Origin: Candidatus Aenigmatarchaeota archaeon
GTDB taxonomy: Archaea; Aenigmatarchaeota; Aenigmatarchaeia; QMZP01; QMZT01
Direction: 5' to 3'
Assembly: GCA_963726265.1 (NCBI GenBank)
Contig: CAVSBQ010000002.1
Location: forward strand, 160,001-224,000
Length of the DNA: 64,000 bases
The translations under genes and the position numbers were made by a program. Of this stretch, positions 42,672 to 51,416 are shown piece by piece. The stretch's first letter is position 1. Every line of letters begins with the position of its first letter. The notes beneath the pieces were generated by a model, which was given only the letters and a program-made list of their open reading frames with translations, did no database searches and was not told the DNA's origin.

Positions 42672-44012
42672 ATGGCTTTGCTCAAGAGCAGGTTCCTGGC
42701 CGAGGACGTGAGGCCCGGCAAGGTTGTCAGCAGGCTGGCCGACCACATTCTCGTCGACGGCTTCCACCTTGTCGTCGATCTGGAACGCTCGCGCGGCAGC
42801 TACATGGTGGACGCGCGCAACGGAAAAAAATACCTCGACATGTACACATACTTCGCCACGCTGCCCATAGGCCATAACCACCCGAAAATGTTCGATAAGG
42901 ATTTCCTGCGCGAGCTGCAGGCTGCGGCGCTTGAGAATCCGGCGAATTCGGATGTTTATACCGAGTCATTCGCCAGCTTTGTCGAAATTTTCACCAAGTA
43001 CGCGAAGCCGCGCCACATGAAACACTTGTTCGTCGTGGCTGGAGGCGCGCTCGCCGTGGAAAACGCCCTGAAGACGGCGATGGACTGGAAGATACGCAAG
43101 AACCTTGCCGCAGGTGTAAAGGGGGAGAAAGGCTCGCAGGTCATGCATTTCAAGGAGGCGTTCCATGGTCGCAGCGGCTATACGCTGTCGCTCACCAACA
43201 CCGCCGAAACCAAGATAAAGTACTTCCCCAAGTTCAAGTGGCCGCGCATCATAAACCCGAAGCTCAGCTTCCCCGTGACGCGCGAAGTCCTCCGCGACGT
43301 GATAAAAACCGAGGAGAAGGCGCTCCACCAGATAAACTCCGCACTGAAGAGGCACGGCAAGGATATATGCGGCCTGATAATAGAGCCTATACAGGGAGAG
43401 GGCGGCGAGAATCATTTCCGCAAGGAGTTCTTCCAGGACCTGGAAGCGGTTTGCAAAAAGAATGACATCATGTTCATCGTCGACGAGGTGCAGACCGGCC
43501 TTGGGGCGACAGGCAAGTGGTGGGCTCACGAGCACTACGGCGTGGAGCCGGACATACTAGCCTTCGGCAAGAAGACGCAGATCTGCGGCATAATGGCGAA
43601 CCCCAAGGTCGATGAGGTGAAGGACAACGTGTTCCACGTTTCCAGCAGAATCAATTCGACATGGGGCGGCAACCTGGTCGACATGGTGCGCGGGAAGCGC
43701 TACATAGAAATTATAGTCGAGGACAGGCTCCTGAAAAACGCCGAAAGGATGGGCAGGTATTTCCTGAAGCGCCTGAACGAGCTTGACGAGAGACGCGACG
43801 ACATCTCCAACGTACGCGGCCTCGGATGCATGCTGGCTTTCGAGATGCCGAACGAAAAGGAGCGCGACAGGTTGAGAATGCGCTGCTGGAAGAACGGCCT
43901 CGCTATCCTCTCTTCGTGGCCCAGGTCAATCCGTTTCCGCCCGCCGCTGACCGTGAACGAGGAAGAGATTGATGAAGCGATGGAGAAACTCGAAAAGTCG
44001 CTGAAAAAATAG
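42672..44012 (+). CDS. lat: L-lysine 6-transaminase
   Basis: PANSDVY, GALAVENALK, FHGRSGY, DEVQTG, FGKK and RINSTWGG motifs. Confidence 0.9.
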   Translation: MALLKSRFLAEDVRPGKVVSRLADHILVDGFHLVVDLERSRGSYMVDARNGKKYLDMYTYFATLPIGHNHPKMFDKDFLRELQAAALENPANSDVYTESFASFVEIFTKYAKPRHMKHLFVVAGGALAVENALKTAMDWKIRKNLAAGVKGEKGSQVMHFKEAFHGRSGYTLSLTNTAETKIKYFPKFKWPRIINPKLSFPVTREVLRDVIKTEEKALHQINSALKRHGKDICGLIIEPIQGEGGENHFRKEFFQDLEAVCKKNDIMFIVDEVQTGLGATGKWWAHEHYGVEPDILAFGKKTQICGIMANPKVDEVKDNVFHVSSRINSTWGGNLVDMVRGKRYIEIIVEDRLLKNAERMGRYFLKRLNELDERRDDISNVRGLGCMLAFEMPNEKERDRLRMRCWKNGLAILSSWPRSIRFRPPLTVNEEEIDEAMEKLEKSLKK

Positions 44013-44016
44013 AAAA

Positions 44017-45480
44017 TCATTTCGCTGGTTTGCCTTTCTTCTTCCTGCCTTTCGTTTCGTCTTTTACTTCGGCGTATTCTTCCTCAAGCTTTTTGGACGG
44101 CTCCTTGACGTGCTCGTCCGCGAACTCGTCGAGCTTGACGTCCTTGAATTTTTCATGGAATGCCTGCTTGACCTTTTTGGGGGCCTCTTCCTTTTTCTTT
44201 TCCCATTCTCCCGTTCCTTTCTTCGGTAAAGGCAAATTTACACTCATCTCCTGGACCTTCTTGCTGCCCATCACGAGAGCGACGATGGTAGAGAAAAGGA
44301 TGGAGAACATTATGACCAGGAAGATTATGTTCATTATCTGGTTGCCGGCTGCTACCGCTCCGGCACCGATGAGCGTCGCCGCGACAAGCGGCGCTAAAGC
44401 GGCCTCAGAGTCGCCTTTCGGCGCGATGAAGCTCATGACTAATATGTCTTTCTTCGTGTAGCTACTCCTTTCCTTCCCCAGCAGCGGTATCACGAAGACT
44501 GGCCTGACAAGGAACAGTATGAGGAAGAAAGCGAAGCCGAGGAGAAGCTGGTTCACGTCCAGGATAAGCATCACCTGCGCTCCCAGAAGAGTGAAAATTG
44601 AAATCCTGAGCATCTCGGAAAACTGGTCGTCAAATTTGTTCACCCCTTCCCTCTCCTTTTCCGGAAAGCCGAAATTCCCTGCCATCAGGCCGCAGACTGC
44701 GACCGCGAGTATGCCCGAGCCGCCGACGTTTTCGGCAAGCGCATAAGTTATCAGGGCTATCGCGAAAAGTATGAGCGATGAATATTCGCTGAGCATCCTT
44801 TTCATGAGCTTCGATACCGCCAGGCCGACTACGATGCCTGTCCCGATGCCGGCGACTATCATCAGCCAAAGCTGGCCAGCGTACGCGAGGGGCTGGAATA
44901 ACGCTCCAGGTTCCATCGTCACCATGCCCAGGAAAAGCAGCAGGAACACTGCGGCGAAAGGCGAGTTGAATATCGATTCGACGTTTATCACCGTTAGCGA
45001 ATTCTTGTATTTCGCGAGCGAGTCCTTGAACGTGAGTATTACGCCTGTGCCTGTCCCGCTTATGGTCGCCCCCAGCAGCAGCGCATAAATCGGGTTCATG
45101 CCGAACATTAAGTGCGCGACGAGGCCCGCGAAGGCCGTGTTGAATATCACGCCGACCATCGCCAGGTTGATGGAGATGTTGGAAAACTTCTTGAAGACAC
45201 TCAAGCGCAGGTTGAACATCGCGACAAAGACGGTCAGTATGATGGCAAGCGTCCTCAGGAAGTCGGGTATCGCGCCCATCGCGCTCACGTCGACCAGCGT
45301 CAGGTTCACGTACTGCTGGACCGCCGGGTTCATGAAAACGGTCGGGCCCAGCACGAGGCCGAGCAGGAGCAGGAAGAAGGCGTCAGGTATCTTCCTTTTT
45401 TTCATCAGGTTCGCTATTATGACGCCGAAGCCGAGAAGGAAGGCGAAATAAGTGACGGTCAGCGTGAGGTCGAAGGCCAT
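44017..45480 (-). CDS. Cation:proton antiporter (CPA1/NhaP-like)
   Basis: About 12 TM segments; ESIFNS, GGSGILAV and APKG motifs. Confidence 0.85.
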   Translation of the reverse strand: MAFDLTLTVTYFAFLLGFGVIIANLMKKRKIPDAFFLLLLGLVLGPTVFMNPAVQQYVNLTLVDVSAMGAIPDFLRTLAIILTVFVAMFNLRLSVFKKFSNISINLAMVGVIFNTAFAGLVAHLMFGMNPIYALLLGATISGTGTGVILTFKDSLAKYKNSLTVINVESIFNSPFAAVFLLLFLGMVTMEPGALFQPLAYAGQLWLMIVAGIGTGIVVGLAVSKLMKRMLSEYSSLILFAIALITYALAENVGGSGILAVAVCGLMAGNFGFPEKEREGVNKFDDQFSEMLRISIFTLLGAQVMLILDVNQLLLGFAFFLILFLVRPVFVIPLLGKERSSYTKKDILVMSFIAPKGDSEAALAPLVAATLIGAGAVAAGNQIMNIIFLVIMFSILFSTIVALVMGSKKVQEMSVNLPLPKKGTGEWEKKKEEAPKKVKQAFHEKFKDVKLDEFADEHVKEPSKKLEEEYAEVKDETKGRKKKGKPAK

Positions 45481-45528
45481 GTTTATAATTTGGAAGGGTT
45501 AAATAAATCTTTTTGCGAAGAATAGAGC

Positions 45529-46491
45529 ATGAAGCTGAAAATGGACGGGAAAACAGATAAACAGCTGAGGAAAGCGAAATACGGCGTGTTCAACCACTCT
45601 GCCGTCCAGATATGCGCGTGGACCAAGAGAAGCCTGCATAACGACGGCGTATGCTACAAGCAGAAATTCTACGGCATCCCCACGCATCGCTGCATGGAGT
45701 TCTCGCCGGCTGCGGCGTTCTGCGAGAACAACTGCGTCTTCTGTTGGAGGCCGACGGAGTTCATGCGCTTCAGGCGCATGAAAGCGAAGGAAGCGGATGA
45801 GCCGGAAACCATATATGAGAATCTGATAACGGAGCGGAGAAAACTGCTGTCCGGTTTCCCGGGCGACGGCAATACGGACATGAAGAAACACGCTGAAGCC
45901 ATGCTTCCCATCCATTTCGCCATCTCGCTTTCAGGCGAGCCGACTTTGTATCCCAAGCTCCCGCAACTGGTCAAATTCCTTAAGGCGCTGCCGCAGACGA
46001 AATCCGTTTTCATCGTCACGAACGGTCAGGAACCTGATGCGCTGGTCAAGCTGGCGCACTCGCCTCCAACTCAGCTTTACATCTCGGTTAACGCGCCTGA
46101 CAGGACGCTATTCAAGCGCATAAACTGCCCGGTGTATAAGGACGCATGGGACAGGTTTTTGAAATCGCTCGGAATCCTCAGTCGGATGAAAACGAGGCGT
46201 ATCCTGCGAATGACGATGATAAAGGGCATGAACATGGATGCCAAGTTCATAAGCGGCTACGCTTCGCTGATTCGCAGGGCGAAGCCGCACTTCGTCGAGG
46301 TGAAGGCATACATGTGGATCGGCTTCTCGCAAAGGCGCCTGAAAAAGGAGAACATGCCATTCCACAAGGACGTCCGCGCCTTCGCGGAAAAACTGGCGAA
46401 AGAGATTGATTTCGAGATAACCAACGAGACGACCGATTCCAGGGTCGTGCTGCTGAAGGCGAAAAGCCCGCACATCAGGACACTTATTTAA
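45529..46491 (+). CDS. taw1: 4-demethylwyosine synthase (radical SAM)
   Basis: HSAVQICAWT, CYKQKFYGI..HRC, CENNCVFCWR, SLSGEPT and EVKAY motifs. Confidence 0.93.
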   Translation: MKLKMDGKTDKQLRKAKYGVFNHSAVQICAWTKRSLHNDGVCYKQKFYGIPTHRCMEFSPAAAFCENNCVFCWRPTEFMRFRRMKAKEADEPETIYENLITERRKLLSGFPGDGNTDMKKHAEAMLPIHFAISLSGEPTLYPKLPQLVKFLKALPQTKSVFIVTNGQEPDALVKLAHSPPTQLYISVNAPDRTLFKRINCPVYKDAWDRFLKSLGILSRMKTRRILRMTMIKGMNMDAKFISGYASLIRRAKPHFVEVKAYMWIGFSQRRLKKENMPFHKDVRAFAEKLAKEIDFEITNETTDSRVVLLKAKSPHIRTLI

Positions 46492-46514
46492 AAACGGTTT
46501 TCCAATATTGACAC

Positions 46515-47015
46515 ATGAATAAAAAAATGGCAGCGGCCAACTATCTCGGAATTGTCCTGATAATTCTCAGCATAGCGCTTTTCTTCATAATGTTCAACTT
46601 CTCAAACGAGATGCTGCAGCTCATAGACAGCGAGCACGGCGGCTCGTGCTCGACATACGAGGGCTGCCCGCACGTCGCGGTTCTGAACCAGGCATACATG
46701 GGCTACGGCCTTTCCGCGATAATCTTCGTGATAGGCGTTTTCCTTTTTTTCTACGGCGGCAGGCCTGCTGTGAGCGAGACGGGCATAAGCGGCAACAAAA
46801 AGAAGTGGGAAGATAACACCAAGACCCTGACAGGCGACGAGAGGAAGGTCTACGAAACCATAATGGCCGCGAACGGCGTGATGTTCCAGAGCGAGCTCGT
46901 CGAAAAGTCAGGCTTTCCCAAGGCGAAGGTGTCGCGCATCCTTGACAGGCTCGAGGCGGGCGGACTCGCCGAGCGGAAACGACGTGGAATGGCGAACGCA
47001 ATCGTGCTCAAGTAG
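46515..47015 (+). CDS. Membrane-anchored winged-HTH regulator
   Basis: Two TM helices flanking a C..CPH loop, then QSELVEKSGFPKAKVSRILDRLE..G..ERKRRGMAN. Confidence 0.82.
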   Translation: MNKKMAAANYLGIVLIILSIALFFIMFNFSNEMLQLIDSEHGGSCSTYEGCPHVAVLNQAYMGYGLSAIIFVIGVFLFFYGGRPAVSETGISGNKKKWEDNTKTLTGDERKVYETIMAANGVMFQSELVEKSGFPKAKVSRILDRLEAGGLAERKRRGMANAIVLK

Positions 47016-47034
47016 CCCTGAAGGATTCTGTTTT

Positions 47035-47080
47035 TGAAACCGGCCTGAAACTAGGGCGACCGATGCTGAAACCAGTTTCA
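47035..47080. promoter_or_regulatory. Putative operator: TGAAAC half-sites plus the palindrome TGAAAC-CA-GTTTCA
   Basis: TGAAAC at 47035, 47046 and 47067; inverted copy at 47075-47080. Confidence 0.5.
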
Positions 47081-47118
47081 CACAAGGGATTATATGCCGT
47101 TCCAGCCAAGAAAGGAGC

Positions 47119-47319
47119 ATGAAATGCATCGTTTGCGGAAACCCCCTCACGAGCTATGCGCTGATAGGCAAAAAGAAGGATATGAAAGTTGCCTTCTGCG
47201 CAGGGCATCTTCCCGACTGTGCGGCATGCGACTCGTGCGATCTGCGCTGCATAAGCTGCGGGAAGGAGATTGAACTGGAGGGCTCGGCAGATGGGAAAGC
47301 AAAAGGAGCGATAACATGA
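47119..47319 (+). CDS. Small Cys-rich metal-binding protein
   Basis: CIVC, CAGH, CAAC, C..C and CISC in 66 aa; AGGAG before the ATG. Confidence 0.65.
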   Translation: MKCIVCGNPLTSYALIGKKKDMKVAFCAGHLPDCAACDSCDLRCISCGKEIELEGSADGKAKGAIT

Positions 47320-47561
47320 AAGGAGTGACGAAACTGGCAATGGCCTTCGCAGTGCTTGCCGTCGTGACGGCAGCGCTCTTCGTGACCGCGCAGCCGATAA
47401 AGGCGGATGTCGCCTCACCGGCAAACAGCCTTACAGGCGAAACGGTCAACGAAAATAGCGCTTCGTCTGCGAGCGGCAGCTGCGGCGGTGCCGGCGGCTG
47501 CAAGGCGGCTTGCGGCTGCGGATGCGGCGGAAACCCCAACCTTTGCGGATGCGGCCGATAG
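47316..47561 (+). CDS. Secreted peptide with a Cys/Gly-rich tail
   Basis: Signal-like N-terminus; tail SCGGAGGCKAACGCGCGGNPNLCGCGR. Confidence 0.65.
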   Translation: MKGVTKLAMAFAVLAVVTAALFVTAQPIKADVASPANSLTGETVNENSASSASGSCGGAGGCKAACGCGCGGNPNLCGCGR

Positions 47562-47671
47562 GCCGCCCGCCCTTTTTTATTCAGAAAGGGGCAAATGGCG
47601 AAAAACGATTATTAGGGAGAAAACGAAATATTCAATAAGGCTTAAAAACCTGGCTGACAGAAGAATATAAT

Positions 47672-48610
47672 TTGATAATTATGATATGCATAATAGCGCT
47701 CGTGGTCTTCAGCGTGCTCGGAATTTTCAGCGCCAAATACAGGACCATCGCCAAGGAAGCGTTTGACTGCGTCTTCAAACGGCTGACCCTTCGAAAATGC
47801 ACGACTGGCCTTGACAAGCGCCTGAAGTCCCAGATAACCGGCAATATCATGCGACGCCATCCGAGATTCGGAGCGGCGGTATACAGGCATTTCGAGGCGA
47901 TATCGTGGGCTTTCACCATAGCCATGATACTGAGCCTCGGCTACTCGGCATACAGCATAGGCAATCTTTTTGTTTACGGCAACTGCAACGGCCCGATACC
48001 CGATGCCTTCTGCGTCTTCGATCCGCTGATTCACGGAGGGACGCAGGACCAGTGCACCGTAGAGGGAGCGAAGCGCGAGATAATAGGCGTTCTCAACGTC
48101 ACTGCGAACGACCCGGCCATTGGGCCAGACACGGCGAAAGTCACTATAATTGAAGCAGGCTGTTTCGTCTGCCCTTACACAAAGCAGGCCGTGCCCACGA
48201 TGCAGCAAATAATATCTTATTACGGCGACAGGATACGCTTCGTCTACAAGGACTTCCCGCTCAGCTCGTCACATTCAGGTGCGCAGGAGGCGGCCGAAGC
48301 TTCGCACTGCGCGCGCGAGCAGGGCGAATACTGGGAATACTTCGATCTCCTGTTCGATAACCAGGGCAAGACCAGCAACGACGACCTTATCGGCTACGCC
48401 AGCCAGCTCAATCTTGATACTGCGCAGTTCTCCGAATGCCTTTCGACGCACAAATACAAGGCGAAGGTCGACGCGGACTTCGCAGAGGGATTCAAGATAG
48501 GCATCTACGGCACGCCGACGTTCTTCATAAACGAGCAGGTCGTGGTCGGGCCGAAGAACTTTGATGAGTTTAAACAGATAATAGACGGCGAGCTGGCAAA
48601 AGGCGGTTAA
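47672..48610 (+). CDS. Membrane-anchored DsbA/thioredoxin-fold protein
   Basis: GPDTAKVTIIE, CPYT, YKDFPL, AAEASHCA.EQG.YWEY and GTPTFFIN motifs. Confidence 0.88.
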   Translation: MIIMICIIALVVFSVLGIFSAKYRTIAKEAFDCVFKRLTLRKCTTGLDKRLKSQITGNIMRRHPRFGAAVYRHFEAISWAFTIAMILSLGYSAYSIGNLFVYGNCNGPIPDAFCVFDPLIHGGTQDQCTVEGAKREIIGVLNVTANDPAIGPDTAKVTIIEAGCFVCPYTKQAVPTMQQIISYYGDRIRFVYKDFPLSSSHSGAQEAAEASHCAREQGEYWEYFDLLFDNQGKTSNDDLIGYASQLNLDTAQFSECLSTHKYKAKVDADFAEGFKIGIYGTPTFFINEQVVVGPKNFDEFKQIIDGELAKGG

Positions 48611-49668
48611 TCCTGTCTGATTAACTGGCTTATCTCTTTGGCCATCCCTTCACTGATGTTATAGCTGTTCGCCCATTTCGCATGCGCACTCCACCCATGA
48701 AAGCTTCTGGCAAGCTCATCGTAGTCCATTTTCCCGCGGGCGAAGAGCGCTATCCTGCCTCTCATTTTTCTTATGCTTCTTTTTCTTAGAAGCCTGAAAT
48801 GATAGAAATTCCTGAAGCCCACGAAGTCGACGCCTCTCGATAACGGAATCACCCTTGATTTCTCGGGATGAAGTTCAAGTTTCAATTCATCTTTCAGGAA
48901 TCCGTTAATCTGCTTCTTCCATTTCTCAAGTCGCGATTTTGATGTATGCAGGATTACAAAATCGTCGACGTATCTTATGTAATGCTTTGCCTTTAACCCA
49001 TGTTTTATGAAATAGTCCATTTCATTGAGATAGACATTGGCGAAGAACTGCGAGGTCAGGTTGCCGAGAGGCATGCCCTTGCCTTTTGTTTCGCCGGGAT
49101 GGTTTTCCAGAATCCGTTCAACCAGCCATATTATCCTTTCGTCCTTTATTCTTTTTCCGATTATTCCTGCCAGAATTTTATGGTCGACCTCCCGAAAATA
49201 GTGCCTTATGTCCGCTTTCAGGCAATAGCCCCGAACATAGTTCTTATCGCCGAAATTGTTCGGCAGAACCCTGCCGTTTCCCGAAACCTTTCTCTTGAAT
49301 TTGTCAAAGCGCTTTATGGCGAACAGGTTTCCTTTGCCTTTTCTGTTCGCGCAGGAATCGTAAATGAAAGTTCTGTCGAAAAGCGGCTCTATGATGTTGC
49401 ACAGCGCATGATGGACTATCCTGTCCCTGAAATCCGATTTTGATATTTTTCTCGTCTTCGGGTCATGGAGGATGAAGGTTTTCAGCGGCAGGGGCTTGTA
49501 AGTCTGATTTTTCAGTTTTTCTCGAAGTTTAAGCAAGTTGCCAGCCAAGTCCCTTTCAAATTCGATGACATAGCGCCTTTTTGTCTTGCTCTTTCTCGCC
49601 TTGCTCCACGCAAGAACCAGATTGTCCATCGAATAGACCCGTTCGTAAAGGTTTTTGCAGGTTTTCAT
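48607..49668 (-). CDS. DGR-class reverse transcriptase (353 aa from MKTCKNL)
   Basis: PKTRKI, FRDRIVHHAL, LKADIRHYF, GMPLGNLTSQFFAN (DGR-type LGxxxSQ), YVDD and FVGF motifs. Confidence 0.95.
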   Translation of the reverse strand: MKTCKNLYERVYSMDNLVLAWSKARKSKTKRRYVIEFERDLAGNLLKLREKLKNQTYKPLPLKTFILHDPKTRKISKSDFRDRIVHHALCNIIEPLFDRTFIYDSCANRKGKGNLFAIKRFDKFKRKVSGNGRVLPNNFGDKNYVRGYCLKADIRHYFREVDHKILAGIIGKRIKDERIIWLVERILENHPGETKGKGMPLGNLTSQFFANVYLNEMDYFIKHGLKAKHYIRYVDDFVILHTSKSRLEKWKKQINGFLKDELKLELHPEKSRVIPLSRGVDFVGFRNFYHFRLLRKRSIRKMRGRIALFARGKMDYDELARSFHGWSAHAKWANSYNISEGMAKEISQLIRQD

Positions 49669-49695
49669 ATCAGAATGTCTTGGCATAATCCGGGC

Positions 49696-49785
49696 TATTC
49701 CAACGAAACGGCCATTGCTGTTGAGGTCGTTGTTGCCGTTGAGACCATTGTTGTAGTCGTTGCCAACGTACAGCAGACGGCCGTT
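49696..49785 (-). repeat. DGR template repeat (TR)
   Basis: 90 nt with nine AAC/AAT triplets; matches the VR at all non-A aligned positions. Confidence 0.95.
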
Positions 49786-49986
49786 TAGTAGCTCTTTTAC
49801 CGAATGCAACACCGCCGCTTCATATTTCGGCAAAGCCTACTTAATGTCGTGGCTGAATTTCATGCCCGCCTGTTGCAGGGCTATAAAAGAGCGTGTAGCC
49901 CGGACATCGCCCTGATTTCAGGGCAATGCCAAGACAAAAATAGTATGATTAGGCGGCTTATAAAATTTGTTCATACGACGCGTTTA

Positions 49987-50697
49987 CTATTTTTCACGTA
50001 CCCCAACGAAACGGCCACCGCTGCCGAGGCCGCCGCCGCCGAGACCATCGTAGCCGCTGCCAACGAACAGCAGACGGCCGTGTGGTTCGTTCGGTTTGGT
50101 GGATAAATCGTCAGAATACCAGATGCTTATCCTATCTCCCTTGACTTTTTTGTGTCTCTCCAAATATCTTTCAGCTCTTTCCTTCCCGCCGAGGAATGGT
50201 TTTGTCTGCGGATGCGTCAGCGCCTGGCCAACAGGAATTATTCCTCTCTGAGAATTCATCAAAGCATCATGTCCGATTGCAAAGACTTCTTCGTCATCTG
50301 CCATGTCCAGAAGCCTTTGAAACTCTTTCTGGGGCATTATCCCGGCGCCGTTGACCAGTCCTTTATTTATGGCTTCCATTATGTTTTTTGGTTTATAAAA
50401 ATGAGTAGGAACGTGAGCATAAACGACGAATTCCGTTCCGCCTTTATGGGACGCGTTTGTTGATGCTCCTCTTCCTGCCACCCTCACGCTGGGGCTATCA
50501 AACCAAACCTGCCAGATTCTGTCCCCCTTGTCTGCCGCAATTCTCGCCTCGGCGATTTCCGGCATGAACAACGGCCTGTACGCCGTGTTTAGACATTCTT
50601 TCAGCGCGTCTGGAATGCCATAATTGCGTCCGCTTGTTTCACGATAAAATTCCCTTGCCGTTGTTCTGATGTTTATGGGGAACGTGTTTTCTGCCAT
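49987..50697 (-). CDS. DGR target protein (probable CLec-fold C-terminus)
   Basis: VR lies at the extreme 3' end: HGRLLFVGSGYDGLGGGGLGSGGRFVGV. Confidence 0.92.
   Translation of the reverse strand: MAENTFPINIRTTAREFYRETSGRNYGIPDALKECLNTAYRPLFMPEIAEARIAADKGDRIWQVWFDSPSVRVAGRGASTNASHKGGTEFVVYAHVPTHFYKPKNIMEAINKGLVNGAGIMPQKEFQRLLDMADDEEVFAIGHDALMNSQRGIIPVGQALTHPQTKPFLGGKERAERYLERHKKVKGDRISIWYSDDLSTKPNEPHGRLLFVGSGYDGLGGGGLGSGGRFVGVREK
49999..50082 (-). repeat. DGR variable repeat (VR)
   Basis: 84 nt; 16 substitutions versus TR, all at TR adenines, plus two 3-nt gaps. Confidence 0.95.
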
Positions 50698-50798
50698 GCT
50701 TTTTATATGAAGATAAGCTTTATAAACCTTTGGTTTGTTGCCACCGAAGAGATGTAAATTAACGATAATCAGTGACCAACCAGTGGCAAAGATTTATA

Positions 50799-50836
50799 TA
50801 TTACTTTTTGTAATAATATTATTACATAAAGTAATA
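50799..50836. promoter_or_regulatory. 38-bp near-perfect palindrome, putative autoregulatory operator
   Basis: TATTACTTTTTGTAATAAT/ATTATTACATAAAGTAATA with one mismatch, abutting a TTTATATA box upstream of the MNT gene. Confidence 0.7.
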
Positions 50837-50849
50837 ATTAGGGGGATTT

Positions 50850-51416
50850 ATGAAGAGCGACATAGCGATACTGAAGCTCCTGCTCGGCAGGAAGGATGAG
50901 AAATTCACGATTAAAAAAATAGCCGAAGCCCTGAAAATCAACTACAGGATAGCTTATGAGCAGGCCATGGCGCTGGAGAAAGGAGGCCTGCTCAAAATCA
51001 CGAAAACGGGCAATTCCAACTTTTGCGAGTTCACGTATGCGTTTGACAGCAGGGTTTTCGAAGCGGAGTATGCAAGAAGGAAGGAGCTTCTGAAAAACAG
51101 AGACTTTCTTGTGCTCCATAACAGGCTGGCGGAGCTCAGGTTTCCTTTCATCGCCTTGCTGTTCGGCTCTCATGCAAAGGGGGTCGCTGACAAACATTCA
51201 GACATTGACATTCTAACGATTGGCGGGGATGCAAAGGAGATAAAGGCGGCAGTTTCGCTGCTGCCATACAAAATTCATCTGACATCCGTGGACTACGAAA
51301 ACTTCATCGCCATGGCAAAAAGCAGGGAATTCACGGTGGTGAGCGAAGCGCTCAAAAACAATGTTATATTAATCGGGATAGAAGAATATTACAGGTTGCT
51401 GTCAAATGCTGGATGA
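50850..51416 (+). CDS. HTH-fused minimal nucleotidyltransferase (MNT antitoxin-like)
   Basis: N-terminal FTIKKIAEALKINY HTH; LFGSHAKG..SDIDIL motif. Confidence 0.88.
   Translation: MKSDIAILKLLLGRKDEKFTIKKIAEALKINYRIAYEQAMALEKGGLLKITKTGNSNFCEFTYAFDSRVFEAEYARRKELLKNRDFLVLHNRLAELRFPFIALLFGSHAKGVADKHSDIDILTIGGDAKEIKAAVSLLPYKIHLTSVDYENFIAMAKSREFTVVSEALKNNVILIGIEEYYRLLSNAG

Noticed and set aside
48607..49833. RT as a group II intron or retron, or starting at 49833
   Set aside because: The LGNLTSQ motif and an A-specific TR/VR pair indicate a DGR. The extra 55 codons largely translate the TR and its flanks, so ATG 49668 is preferred.
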